Source: Octopus sinensis
Lineage: Eukaryota
DNA length: 64,000 nt
Direction: 5' to 3'
NCBI RefSeq assembly: GCF_006345805.1
Contig: NC_043009.1
Location: forward strand, 11,594,001 to 11,658,000
Every line of letters starts with the position of its first letter. Position 1 is the stretch's first letter. A program made the translations under genes and the position numbers. Under the pieces are notes generated by a model, which worked only from the letters and a program-made list of their open reading frames with translations, did no database searches and was not told where the DNA came from. Shown here in pieces: positions 39,672-53,009 of this stretch.

Positions 39672-39805
39672 ATGCAATTGCTTATAACGCATCCCAGCAA
39701 AATAAATATCGTGGGGCAACGAAATAATATAGTCATCTTCGGAATGTTCCGCTTTATCATCTCCTGCACCAACACCAAATTCAAAGAGTGGACTGGCATG
39801 GATCA
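39672..39805 (-). CDS. Mesh/SUSD2-like gene, first identifiable coding exon (start of NIDO region)
   Basis: Acceptor ttttatctttcag, donor GTAAGA, phase 1 to 0, 134 nt. Encodes IHASPLFEFGVGAGDD...DIYFAGMRYKQLH, resembling the LYPYG..GD / FPFYG start of NIDO proteins. Joins the next exon in frame. Confidence 0.85.
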
Positions 39806-40402
39806 CTGAAAGATAAAAGAAACATTATAAACACCTTTACTGAAATATTTCAATCTCATTTTCTGGTCATTTTTTATCATCAATCTTGATAAAGTCGTTC
39901 TCATTTACTAATTCTCCTTTTCTAACTGATTCTTCTATTATTTATTTTATTCTGTTTTATTTTCAGTTGATTGTTTACTTCAATTTTACACTGCGTTGCC
40001 CACCGTAATACGATGCAATTTCGCTAAACATCAATTCTAAATATGAATCATTTTTTAATTAATGACTGCGCTCTTTAAATTATGATAATGAACCTATAAA
40101 AAAAAACATAGATTAAAATCCATGCAGTTAACATTTAATAACAAAAACAATAATGGATTGCAACATTTGCAATGGTATTAGCAACATTAGTTTCTATTTT
40201 GGAAAAAATTTTAAGCTACAATAAAAAAAATTTTCAAGCTACAATAAAAACAGTGTTTTTTACTTTAAGAGTAATAGCAATTTCAACTGCACATTATGAG
40301 TGCAAATCTCGAAAGTTGGATGGTAAAAGGAGAAAAAAATCATAGTCTTTGAATTAAAATGCCATAAAAGGCCGCGCCACATTCCACATACAGAACATCG
40401 AA

Positions 40403-41165
40403 AGGCGGTGAGCTGGCAGAAACGTTAGCACGCCGGGCGAAATGCTTAGCCGTATTTCGTCTGCCGTTACGTTCTGAGTTCAAATTCCGCCGAGGTCGAC
40501 TTTGCCTTTCATCCTTTCGAAGTCGATAAATTAAGTACCAGTTACGCACTGGGGTCGATATAATCGACTTAATCCGCTTGTCTGTCCTTGTTTGTCCTCT
40601 CTGTGTTTATCCCCTTGTGGATAGTAAAGAAATAGGTATTTTGTCTGCCGCTACGTTCTGAGTTCAAATTCCGCCGAGGTCGACTTTGCCTTTCATCCTT
40701 TCGAAGTCGATAAATTAAGTACTAGTTACGCACTGGGGTCGATGTAATCGACTTAATCCGCTTGTCTGTCCTTGTTTGTCCTCTCTGTGTTTATCCCCTT
40801 GTGGGTAGTAAAGAAATAGGTATTTCGTCTGCCGCTACGTTCTGAGTTCAAATTCCGCCGAGGTCGACTTTGCCTTTCATCCTTTCGAAGTCGATAAATT
40901 AAGTACCAGTTACGCACTGGGGTCGATATAATCGACTTAATCCGCTTGTCTGTCCTTGTTTGTCCTCTCTGTGTTTAGTCCCTTGTGGATAGTAAAGAAA
41001 TAGGTATTTCGTCTGTCGTTACGTTCTGAGTTCAAATTCCGCCGAGGTCGACTTTGTCTTTCATCCTTTCGGAGTCGATAAATTAAGTACCAGTTGCGTT
41101 CTGGGGCCGATCTAATCAACTGGCCCCTTCCCCCAAAATTTCTGGCCTTGAGCCTAGAATACTAA
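40403..41165 (+). mobile_element. SINE family B with four 184-bp internal units
   Basis: Unit starts at 40452, 40636, 40820 and 41004. Confidence 0.9.
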
Positions 41166-41415
41166 AGAATATTGTACAATATTGTCTGTTAAACAATATT
41201 ATATGTTAGTAATATTTCCTTTACTGCATGCTTTCAGCATTAAATAAAGGATATTCAAATATTATGCTTTGCACTGCCACCGTGTGTATGTAGCCATATT
41301 CTAAAATGGCGATGGTATACACAGACAGTCCAACGTATATATTAGCCAGATAATACATAATAGTGAAACTTCACGATAATGACAGCGTAGCTAAACTTTT
41401 ATACTGTTAAATATA

Positions 41416-42209
41416 TACAGTAATGCCTCACTTTACGAGGAACCGCTTTATGAGATCCCGGGTTTATGAGTTTTATTTCTCAAACACAAGATCCAAATTT
41501 TGAACAAAGCGCAAAAGTTTCTGCTTGTTATCGAGAGATTTATAGAGAGCCAAGAAAAACGCTTCTTCTAAGCAAAGAGATCTGGACTTTACAGTTCTAT
41601 ATTTAAGAGATGAGGAATTATGTACATTATTTACATTATTTACATTCGACGGATATTTGTCTTCATCTTCTTTGTTGTTAACACAACGTTTAGGCTGATA
41701 TACCCACCAGCCTTCTTCAGATGTCTTGCGGAAATTTCGAACGTGGGTTCTCATTCCTAAGGAATGGAGGGTATATCTGCCAAAACGTTGTGTTAACAAC
41801 AAACAAGATGAGGACAAATATCCGTCGAATGTAAATAATGTTAATAATGTAAATAAAGCTCTAGACTTGTTTTTTTTTAAAGAAATCTACAAGTCCGTCT
41901 ACGAGTGCTTGTGAATCGACGATGATGTGCGCGAGTGAAAGTGATTGAGTAAACGATTATCATAATAATTTTTTTTTATTATAAGGAATCTTGACATTAT
42001 TTTTACTTTACTTAAAATATTCTTTACATTCTGTTGTTTTATTGCCGTTTATTTACGAGTATTATCAATTTTATCGATAAAATATTTTTCTGAGAACGAA
42101 TTACGATTTAACATTGCAATAATGGGATATAATTGCTCTGCTTTATGAGTTGTCGCTTTACAAGCGGTCTCCGGGATCAAATTAACTCGTATATCAAGGC
42201 ATGCGAGTA
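41416..42209. mobile_element. Possible Tigger/pogo-like element with an inverted Penelope-like insert at about 41625-41856
   Basis: Degenerate TIRs tacagtaatgcctcactttacgag and ctcgtatatcaaggcatgcgagta. Insert has inverted arms of about 80 bp. Confidence 0.35.
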
Positions 42210-42289
42210 CACACATGCGCACATAACTCCTTTCCCACATATAACTGAAACCTTTCCCACTTATAACCGAAACCAAAATGAAGACCAGT

Positions 42290-42361
<72 letters not shown>

Positions 42362-43178
42362 AACAACCGATGCCATACAACATAAATTCGTTATTAATTC
42401 AAATTATCTCCGTCTTCTGAGAATAATTACCGAATGACAATTTAGATTAGTTCCATATGAGAAGGGGAAATAATCCCAAGAACTTTGACATACCATTAAG
42501 AAAGAAGTGGACAGGCTAATTGTCTAGAGATAAGAGGAAAGTTGTTGTCATGTATTTCTGCTTCATTTTGCATCATCAGCACGGCAATTGTTCAAACGTA
42601 TTTCCAGTAACGAAGTGACCTAAACGTATACTAAAATAATAGAACTTGTTTATGGCTTTGGTAATACGACTGTATATATGTATGATAATTAGCAAATGGC
42701 AATTAAGACCAGCTCCGTATGAGAATGGATGATAATCTTAAGAATCAAGTATGCTTCAAAGTTGACATGACATTGAGAGAAAGGACATAGTATGTTTCTG
42801 CCTCAATAGGCGTCATCAGCATGACAGTTGTCCAAGCTTATCTCAAATAGCCAAGAGACTTAGACATATGTAAAAAGAGAACAGATTTATGACCGTGATG
42901 ATGTGTGTGTGTGCGTGCGTGCGTGCGTGTGCGTGAGTGTGTGGGCGGGTGTGAGTGTGTGTGTGTGTGTATGCATTAACATTCATATATACACGCATAT
43001 AGTAACACCTGTTAAACCTATTTACAGTAAGATTTATGAGTTGCAAGAAAGCAATTACTGGGAATTCCAAGTAAAATATTTCAGGTTAAATAATGTTTAG
43101 TTACATGCGGATTATTATTATAATATAGTGGTGATGAGAAATCATTACCAACATCAACGACTATAAAAAGCACTATCA

Positions 43179-43574
43179 TCTTTATATATAAAAGAGAAGT
43201 TGTGTGTCTGTTTCGTACGATTTAGATTCCTAACTACTCCCACATTTTGCGGTGCAGTTTAACCAAAACCGGGTATCTTATAGTCGTGATTCATATCGAG
43301 CCCTTCTGGGTATTAGCGCGCGTCTACAATGAGTCTACGATTTTTAAAAAAATTACCATCATTTTTTTCCATTTTAATGCATTTTTTCGCTATTATATAA
43401 GGGAAGTAACTCTCTAAAAATGTCTACGATGAGTCAACGATTTAAAAAAAAATTTATCATCATTTTTTTCCATTTTTAATGCATTCTTTTGCTATCTTTT
43501 GGCTATAACTCTCTAAAAATGCTTATATAGTTATTTCCCTTACAGACCCGAGCAACGCCGGGCGATACTGCTAG
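43179..43574 (+). mobile_element. Non-autonomous Helitron
   Basis: A|TC start, cccgagcaacgccggg hairpin, CTAG|T end, and an internal tandem duplication. Confidence 0.82.
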
Positions 43575-44239
43575 TTAATAATAAAAGCAAAAATTCAAAT
43601 CAACATCTTCAACGACATCGACAAACGACTAGTTATAACTACAAGAATACTATCAACAACAACAACAACAATAACAACATCAACGCCAACAACTACAAAT
43701 TCAAGAAATATAGTGTAAACAACATTATCAGCCTACACCATTAATAACAACAACACCAGCTTTCCTTTCGTAGGTATTTCAGATGTACACGTATGGAGAT
43801 ACCAATATAATAGAAGGATATTGACAAGTTGAATTTCACTGTTGGGCACAAAGTAGTGCAACGTCAGTGTCTAGAGACAAACATGTCAAGACTTCAGATA
43901 GATGTATAATATTCTTTTGACAGCTCCGCGTGATGTCTACGCCATTAAAGCTCTTGTGAAATTCATGAACATGACGTAATCTGATTGCGTTTCTCTTTAG
44001 TTGTATGATCTGTTGCATAAGCAGAATATTATTTGATGATGGGTAATGGCTGAATAGATAATCTTCTAGACCCGGCTTTGTAACATCTTGATTTGTTTTT
44101 GTTTTTGTATTTCTTATCTTATTTTATTTTATTTAGGATTTGCTGTGCTTTGGGCAAGATAATTCGAATGTATCCTGCTGTCGTTTTCTTGCTTGGCAGC
44201 AGAGGTAAAAATTAGAAGCGATCGAACGATTGTATACAC

Positions 44240-44240
44240 A

Positions 44241-44271
<31 letters not shown>

Positions 44272-44697
44272 CCATACACACACACACACAAACACGCACA
44301 CATACACACACAAATACACACGGACACTCATTTTTATATATATGTATATATGCATATGCCTACATTTCTGTGTGTATGTATATATATATGTATATATATA
44401 TATGTATATATGTGTGTATGTATGTATGTATGAATATATATGTATATACATATACATGCATATGTATATATACACATACATATATGCACATAGGTACATG
44501 TATATATATATATATACATGTATATATATACACACATACATACATGTATATATGTGTGAGTGTGTGTATGTATGAATATCTCTACCTATGTTTAGCTATA
44601 TATATACACACACACATATATACACATTTATATATACGTATATATACTTGTATACATATACATATATTTATACATACATACATACATACATACATTT

Positions 44698-44738
<41 letters not shown>

Positions 44739-44798
44739 CATACATTTACACACACACGCACACATACACACATACACGTACGCACACCCACGCACACA

Positions 44799-44842
<44 letters not shown>
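44240..44842. repeat. Compound (CA)n/(TA)n/(TG)n low-complexity tract
   Basis: Direct reading. Confidence 0.92.
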
Positions 44843-44843
<1 letters not shown>

Positions 44844-45784
44844 GCATAATGACTGGAAGGAGAAAAGCAGTGAAATAATTTGCGATCTTGAGTTCAGATG
44901 AGACGAGAATAAACTTGAAATGAAGAAAGATTTTGCATTGATTTCTTAAAATTTCTTTTTAAATATCCTAAAGGATCTTGTCAGCCCACCTTAACACTTT
45001 TTCATTGATTGGTGAACATTGAAATGGGTTGGTGGGAATCTTACATATAAGCGAATTTTGTGAGAATGTTTCGTGTTTAACTAAATATCTATTTCTTTAT
45101 TGCCCACAAGGGGCTAGACATAGAGGGGACAAACAAGGACAGACAAACGGATTAAGTCAATTACATCGACCCCAGTGCGTAACTGGTACTTTATTTATCG
45201 ACCCCGAAAGGATGAAAGGCAAAGTCGACCTCGACGGAATTTGAACTCACAACGTAACGACAGACGAAATACGGCTACGCATTTCGCCCGGCGTGCTAAC
45301 GCTTCTGCCAGCTCGCCGCCTTTTTACTAAATATCAATTCATGTTACTGTTAAGCTTTATCCTTTGCGTTTTGCTTTCTGCTTGTTTCCCTCATCAGACT
45401 GCGGCCATACTGGGGCTCGGCCTTGGAGAATTTTAGCCGAATGAATTGAGCCCAGTACTTTTTTTTTTTTAATCCTGATATTTATTCCATCGATCTCCAT
45501 TCGCCCGGCGTGCTAACGTTTCTGCCAGCTCGCCGCCTTATCTATCGTACAATATTGAGCTCTTCCTGTACTTTCACTATGCTGTTTTACGCGCAAAAAA
45601 CTAAAAACCCTGAGACACGCACACACACACACACACCACACACACACACACACACAGATATGCGCACGTGCATTCACACACCACACACACGCACACACGC
45701 ACACATGCACACACGCACTCACACACACACAAAATGACTTTTAAGCGTATTTTTGTTTCACCTTCTAAAACTAACTAGGCAATA

Positions 45785-46005
45785 TACTCTCTTTTACTCT
45801 TTTACTCTTTTACTTGTTTCAGTCATTTGACTGCGGCCATGCTGGAGCACCGCCTTTAATCGAGAAACTCGACCCCGGGACTTATTCTTTTGTAAGCCTA
45901 GTACTTATTCTATCGGTCTCTTTTGCCGAACCGCTAAGTAACGGGGACATAAACAAACCAGCATCGGTTGTCAAACAATGCTAGGGGACAAACACAGACA
46001 CACAA

Positions 46006-46074
<69 letters not shown>

Positions 46075-46240
46075 TACGACGGTCTTCTTTTTAGTTTCCG
46101 TCTACCAAATCCACTCACAAGGCTTTTGTCGGCCCGAGGCTATAGCAGAAGACACTTGCCCAAGGTGCCACGCAGTGGGACTGAACCCGGAACCATCTGG
46201 TTGGTAAACAAGCTACTTATCACACAGCCACTCCTGCGCC
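45785..46240 (-). mobile_element. SINE family A
   Basis: Full body and head motifs. Confidence 0.88.
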
Positions 46241-46661
46241 TATATAGTGTATATTTCTGTTAAACATTATGAGGAAAAGAAGCTTTGGTTTTTCTTAATG
46301 AAAATTTTGATTTTAATAAAATTGCTGTAATTTTTGATGACGCACAACGTGTACTTAACTGCGTGTTGGCCGTGTGGAAAGTATACTCAGCCGTTTAAGT
46401 GATGGCACCGTTATAAAATCAACTAGCTATTTGTTGCTTACTTTCTTGCGTTCTATTTCCTCTAGCAGGGGAAATTACATACATCTGACTGAAGTCTTAT
46501 CAGACGAAGCTTTATTCCTCATCCAGGTAACGATAATAAAGTCCGGGATGAAGACCCACCTTATGGATTTTTGAGTTTTAGAATGGAAAGCAAAGAAACA
46601 GCTTTGGCGTTTAACAGAATAGCCAAAGGAAATTAGCTTCAACCTAACAAATTATTGTTGC

Positions 46662-47104
46662 GGATCTTTTCGGTTTGAACGGCAGTTTTTTTAAATAATT
46701 CCCACGTAACTAAACACTTTTAAACTTCGAATACTGGTAGAATGTGTTTATAAAACATCTTTTTCTCTTGGCTTTATTGAGAAAATTCTATAGTTTGTAA
46801 GATATTTGTTGTTTATTTTCTTCAATTTCTGCAATTTCAACCAATCGATGACGTCTATTGAGGTAAAATAAAAAGCATTCTGTGCCGTATGAATATGTTC
46901 CTCATTTAAGAAACAGATTGGGTTTATATACATTTCTGAAGGAAAAAGATACCCTTCCCCCCACCCCTAACCCGAACCCTAACCCTAACTAACCCTAACC
47001 CTAAAACAGATTGAAATGCAATAGATCGATACTAGGGTCATAATTATGGGTGACAATTTCATATGACACAGCTAAAAAAACTGCCGTTCAAACCGAAAAG
47101 ATCC
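46662..47104. mobile_element. Merlin- or MULE-like MITE with 8-bp TSD and internal telomeric repeats
   Basis: TIRs of about 31 bp starting GG (ggatcttttcggtttgaacggcagttttttt). TSD attgttgc at 46654-46661 and 47105-47112. (CCCTAA)n-like at 46965-47004. Confidence 0.85.
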
Positions 47105-48249
47105 ATTGTTGCCAGTGCACAATTTTATTTATTAACAAATTTCTATCGTAGCCAGTACCCAACAGCCATATCGAAAATACTCCCACTCAAAAACTATCAC
47201 ACAAATACAGTTACATCTGCACGAATGATAAAAAAGCCATTCAAAATTAATTTCTTATACTTCGTTAACTTAAAGTAAAACAATATATCAAACAAATAAA
47301 AAACGACTTAACTGAAAAAGCTAAGAAGATAAAATATAAATCAGATAAAACGCTACAATACGTCTGTTATCTTGAAAAGGAATAAAAGCATTTTTTCTAG
47401 GTGATTTTTTTTCTTCTTCCCAGCTCAGGTAAATAATAATTTGTTGCTTATCAGTGACGTTTACAGTTTTGAACTTCGTTGCAATCAAAGGAGTGATATA
47501 AGTGGTAGAATTTTTATCAATCTCAAGAAAGCTGAAAATGTCAAGCACATCATTGGGAGGCATAAAATTGCACGTTATCTTTCTCCCTATTTCTTGTTCA
47601 AGGTCTTTTCGCAGAAATCAGACGCCCTTGAGTTTAGTTCAAACAAATTAGAAATTAGGAATAGTTTTGCACGTAAATATAATTATGGCTTCTGAGATAG
47701 ACAGCAACAACAGTTTCGAGAGAGGGAGAGATGAGATAGTTGATCGAATTAATTCCAGTAAGTGATTTGTGCGTTGCTATACATGACTGGTACCGAGGAA
47801 TGAAAGATAAGCTATTAGAACTCAGTTTGCAAAGAGAAGTAACTAAAAATCGTATGGTATGTTGTCCAACACTCTACAGGTCCTGATGCACACCATCCTT
47901 AGAAGATAAAGGTACTTATATCACAATGGTATGAGTCCAAGAGAGAGAATATGGCTGGCAGAGTTAATTAAGTACTAGGCAGCCAACTAAAAGGGATTTA
48001 GATCATATTCTGTCCTCACTGTTTTGTGTCCGTGTTCAAGACACTCAATCTCCTTGTAACGATTGCAGAGAAAATAATATGCGACTGTCAAGACAGAAGT
48101 CCAAATAAAACTGAACAGCAATTAGTTTGAAAATTTTTGTGAGCTGATTGCATGAGATTGTACACTGACGACTTGTTCAAAGAAACAAGAACTGCTACCA
48201 AATGGTTGAATGTATTGTGAAAACTTTCCACGATGGTAGTTCAGTGGTT

Positions 48250-48655
48250 ACTCTTTTACTATCTTTTATTTGTTTCAGTCATTTGACTGCGGCCATGCTG
48301 GAGCACCGCCTTTTTAGTTGAGCAAGTCGACCCCAGGACTTATTCTTTGTAAGCCTAGTACTTATTCTATCGGTCTCTTTTGTCGAACCATTAAGTTACG
48401 GGGACGTAAACACACCAGCATCGGTTGTCAAGTGATGTTAGGCGGACAAACAGACACACATACACACATATATATATATGCATATACATATATACGACGG
48501 GCTTCTTTCAGTTTCCGTCTACCAAATCCACTCACGCGGCTTTGGTCGGCCCGAGGCTATAGTAGAAGACAATTGCCCAAGGTGCCACGCAGTTGGACTG
48601 AACCCGGAACTATGTGGCTGGTAAGCAAGCTACTTACCACACAGCCACTCTTGCG
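48250..48655 (-). mobile_element. SINE family A
   Basis: Full body and head motifs. Confidence 0.88.
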
Positions 48656-48904
48656 TTAGTGCATATTGCTGGGTGAATCTTTGTCAATCAACCGGATGAC
48701 TTTTTCTTAGATGCTCTCTAAATTTGTTTCGTAGATATGCATGCAGTATTTGTGCATTCTAAATTGCCACAACCAATCAGAACTATACATGTTTTATGGC
48801 TTTTACATAATCTGAGTTTTTAGGATGTATCTTTAGCTACGTTAGAGATGTGATGGGATGCAATATAGTGGTGCTTATAGTTTGTAAAATTACTGGTGGC
48901 TTTA

Positions 48905-49245
48905 GTGAAGGCGCATGGCTCAGTGGTTAGAGCGTCGAACTTACGATCGTGATTTTGTGAGTTCGAATCCCGGACCGGGCTGCGTGTTGTGTTCTTGAGC
49001 AAGACACTTTATTTCACGTTGCTCCAGTTCACTCAGCTGTAGAAATGAGTTGCGACGTCACAGGTGCCAACTTGTATCGGCTCCTTTGCCTTTCCTTTGG
49101 ATAACACTGGTGGCGTGGAGAGTGGAGGCCGGTATGCATGGGCGACTGCTGGTCTTCCATAAACAACCTTGCCCGGACTTGTGCCTGGTAGGGTAACTTT
49201 CTAGGTGCAATCCCACGGTCAGTCATGACCGAAGGGGGTCTCAGC
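48905..49245 (+). mobile_element. SINE family D
   Basis: Matches 7459-7773. Confidence 0.88.
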
Positions 49246-49369
49246 TCAGCTCAGCTGACTTTAGTTACATGGTGTTCGTGAATAAGGAAGAGATAATATA
49301 GTTTAGTGCTGTTCTCTCACACGTATCCAGTTAGTCCTTTCTAGTATTTTTAAGAGTATCCCTCTTCTG

Positions 49370-49605
49370 ACTTTTACTTTTACCCTGTTTCAGTCGTTTG
49401 ACTGCGGATCTGCTGGGACACCGCCTTGAAGGGTTTTGGTCAAACAAATCGACTCCAGGTCTTTCTTTTAAAACCTGGTACTTATTCTATTGGTCTCTTT
49501 TGCCGAAGCGCTACGTTACTGAGATGTAAACACACCAACACCAGTTATTAAGCAGTGATTGGGGACAAACACAGACACAAAGATATACATACATACATGT
49601 ATACA

Positions 49606-49671
<66 letters not shown>

Positions 49672-49729
49672 ACTGTATATATATATATATATAATATATA
49701 TATATATATATGTATGCATATATATATGC

Positions 49730-49785
<56 letters not shown>

Positions 49786-49950
49786 ATATATATATGACAA
49801 GCTTCTTTCAGTTTCCATCTGTCAAATCCACTCACAAGGCTTTGGTCGGGCCGAAGCTATAGTAGGAGATACTTGCCCAGGGTTCCACGCAGTGAGACAG
49901 AACCCGGAACCATATGCTTGTGAAGGAAACTTCTTAACACACAGCCACAA
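49370..49950 (-). mobile_element. SINE family A (diverged) with an expanded internal (TA)n
   Basis: Family motifs flank about 200 bp of TA-rich repeat. Confidence 0.8.
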
Positions 49951-51482
49951 TTTTATGATATATTTTCAAGAGATACCACTCGATATCATATGCAATAACG
50001 TTGAGTAAAGTTACAACTTTCTTTCTTGATTTTTAAAATTGGGGTTTGCATTTCTGCTTAAGTAAAATTAATTATGAAAGACATTAAATGATTTTTCGTT
50101 TACACTTCTTTCTCTTTAATAGCTGTTGAGCTAATGTTGAGTGGAACTATGGCATTACAAAATAGTAACACTTAATGTGTTTAATAGTATAATTTAAGTG
50201 ATTATTAATATATATTTAGAAGACTAGGAGATCCAGGTCAGAAATCTGTGAATAAGACCTTGTATATAAGCATGGCGTACACGATGTTTTTTCTTCAAAA
50301 CCAGTACGACAAAGATATACCACCTATTTTATAATGCTTGCTACATTTGAATAATAACAACTTATACATGAATATGTGTTTATTGTTTTGATGCTAGCAA
50401 CAAAGATTTACGAATGCAGTTTTCCCATTATCAACAATTCAGAATATCTGAACACAGAAGTAGTAAAAAATATATGTCTTTCAAGAATAAAAAGGAAACA
50501 GTCAGAACAGTCATGTGAATTATACTTCACTCAATAAAATAACGCATAGTCTATGCACAGCTACGCTGACACCATCGTAGCTCTCCATGTATAGCTGCAG
50601 CACAATAACAATTGAGAAATATATAAGAAATAGATTCTGCGGTATTGATTTATTTCGCTAACACAGGCTGCATTTTTTCCCTTCTTTCAAGATACAAGTA
50701 AAAAAAAAACTATACAGACGATTGTTTAAATACCAATATATTACTGGTACTTAGTTAACTTCAACTAAGGGAATGAAAAGCAACAATGAAAGAAGCCAGT
50801 TATCTGCTTTCTGAGCGCCAATTCTACCACTTTCAGATTCCGGTACATTATCGATTATATAAATATCATTCTATTCTATTCTCGTGTTAGAAGATTTTTA
50901 TCTCGACAACTTGCTTGTCGATTTTCTATAAAAGTTGACAAAATCGCAGAAAGCGCAACAGAGCTTTTAGAGAGTTGAAGAAATCTTGTGAAATTTCTGC
51001 CAGTAGTAATTCAAGTATTCTAAACTATGTTCGTGTTAATATCCAATTCCATCTTTATGCATTGTTAATGATGGCGGTGATGGTCAAAGACCGTTACCTT
51101 TACAACATTACTACTTTATATGGCCAAATGTCAGGCCCTTCGATTCTTTTACATTGATCTCGCTGTTTACTTGGCTTACTATCTTTCAATGTGTCTTTCT
51201 AACCATCTACCCATTCATCGATCTACTTATCTGCTTACTCATTTGCCCGGACTTCTATAAACCATTGCAGAACCGGTTGCAGTTATTCTAAAAGAACAGC
51301 AAATTTTGTCCGCGTAGTGACAGAAATTTTTCTTCAGTCGTAAATAGAATTCTGATTAAGCGAGTCACGCTTAAAGTGGAGCTTACTAAGTTTGTTAGTA
51401 TATACTATGGTTGATGAAACCCTCAGGAAAGGTCAAAATACTTATTAAGCTCACTCATACGGTTATAATTTAGAACCTATAA

Positions 51483-51715
51483 AAGGCGGCGAGCTGACAG
51501 ACACGTTAGCGCGCCGGGCGAAATGCTTAGCGGTATTTCGTCTGCCGTTACGTTCTGAGTTCAAATTCCGCCGAGGTCGACTTTGCCTTTCATCCTTTCG
51601 GGGTCGATAAATTTAGTACCAGTTTCGCACTGGGGTCGATGTAATCGACTTAATCCGTTTGTCTGTCCTTGTTTGTCCCCTCTATGTTTAGCCCCTTGTG
51701 GGCAATAAAGAAATA
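51483..51715 (+). mobile_element. SINE family B monomer with TSD
   Basis: tataatttagaac on both sides. Confidence 0.88.
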
Positions 51716-52074
51716 TATAATTTAGAACTTATCTACCAGAGTTGTCCATCTTAATGCAATTTATGTTAGTATTCACATGGGCCACCAGTAGGTGTCGCTA
51801 CGTTTTATATCAGGGACTACGTTATAGCAAACAGTTTGGCAATGAAACTCATCATTCGACACTTTGCTGTGCCAAAAGATGCAGCAGATTTTTTTCGGAC
51901 ATACCAGATGGAAATCATTGATTTTATTCGTGTCTCAGTTTACCACTTGCTAACATTCTGAAACAAGCATTAGGACGTATATGACACAGCTGTTATACAG
52001 AGAATAATTCGAACAAGGTACATTTACAATGGAGGAAACTAAATGAGATTTCATATCAGGGTTAAACTCTCTTT

Positions 52075-52478
52075 GCTCTCTTTTACTTGTTTCAGTCATT
52101 TGACTGCGGCCATTCTGGAGCACCGCCTTTAGTCGAGCAAATCGACCCCTGGACTTATTATTTGTAAGCCCAGTACTTATTCTATCGGTCTCTTTTGCCG
52201 AACCGCTAAGTTACAGGGACGTAAACACACCAGCATCGGTTGTCAAGCAATGCTAAGGGGACAAACACAGACACACAGACACACACACATATATAAATAT
52301 ATATATACATATATACGACGGGCTTCTTTCAGTTTCCGTCTACCAAATCCACTCACAAGGCATTGGTCGGCCCGGGGCTATAGCAGAAGACACTTGCCCA
52401 AGATGCCACGCAGTGGGACTGAACTCGCAACCATGTGGTTGGTTAGCAAGCTACTTACCACACAGCCACTCCTACGCC
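52075..52478 (-). mobile_element. SINE family A
   Basis: Full body and head motifs. Confidence 0.88.
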
Positions 52479-52859
52479 TATGTTTTGTGGGTTTTTTTTT
52501 GTTTTTTTGGTGGGGTTTTGCATAGATATCTTGAATATAGCTGTTCCTCAACATCCACCTTCCCGTCATCAATAATTATTCCAAATTCAATTCATACGTT
52601 GAAATCACAACCTCTCTCTCTCCCCTCTCTCTCTCTCACTCTCTCTCTCTCTCTCACTCTCTCTTTATCTATCTCTCTATCTATTTATCTTTTATCGCTG
52701 AAGTCATCATCCTTGTTGACTTCAGTCTATTCAAAATCTGGCTTTTGTACTCAGTCGACACTGACAATGCTACTGTTATATCGCCCAAGAATTGAACACG
52801 TTTCCCTGACACACCGTGGACTATCCTAATTCTTTTTTTTTTATACAACGGCCTGCCTA

Positions 52860-53009
52860 TCTCATCCTCGTCACCACTGTTATATCGCAATACTACACAG
52901 TGGCTGTGTGAGCATCTCATCCTCGTCGCAACTGTTATATCGCGATATAACAATGGCGACGAGGATTTCGTCGCACACACAGCCACTGTGTAGGTTTGCG
53001 ATATAACAG
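52860..53009. repeat. Spacer-less imperfect palindrome of about 133 bp with an upstream direct repeat
   Basis: Centre gttatatcg|cgatataac at 52942/52943; arms 52877-52942 and 52943-53009. Confidence 0.85.

Noticed and set aside
40452-41165. Regularly spaced repeats suggesting a CRISPR array
   Set aside because: Contiguous 184-bp tandem units with no unique spacers, a eukaryotic context and no cas genes.
46965-47004. Telomeric repeats as a chromosome end or fusion scar
   Set aside because: Only about six units, enclosed within a TIR/TSD-bounded element.
48318-48659. Recurrent ORFs such as [18 protein letters not shown] and MRNWYLIYR
   Set aside because: They recur because they are SINE consensus sequence, not genes.
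48905-48985. tRNA(Arg)-like sequence
   Set aside because: It continues into a SINE body shared with 7459-7773 and lacks a proper acceptor stem; it is a SINE head, not a tRNA gene.
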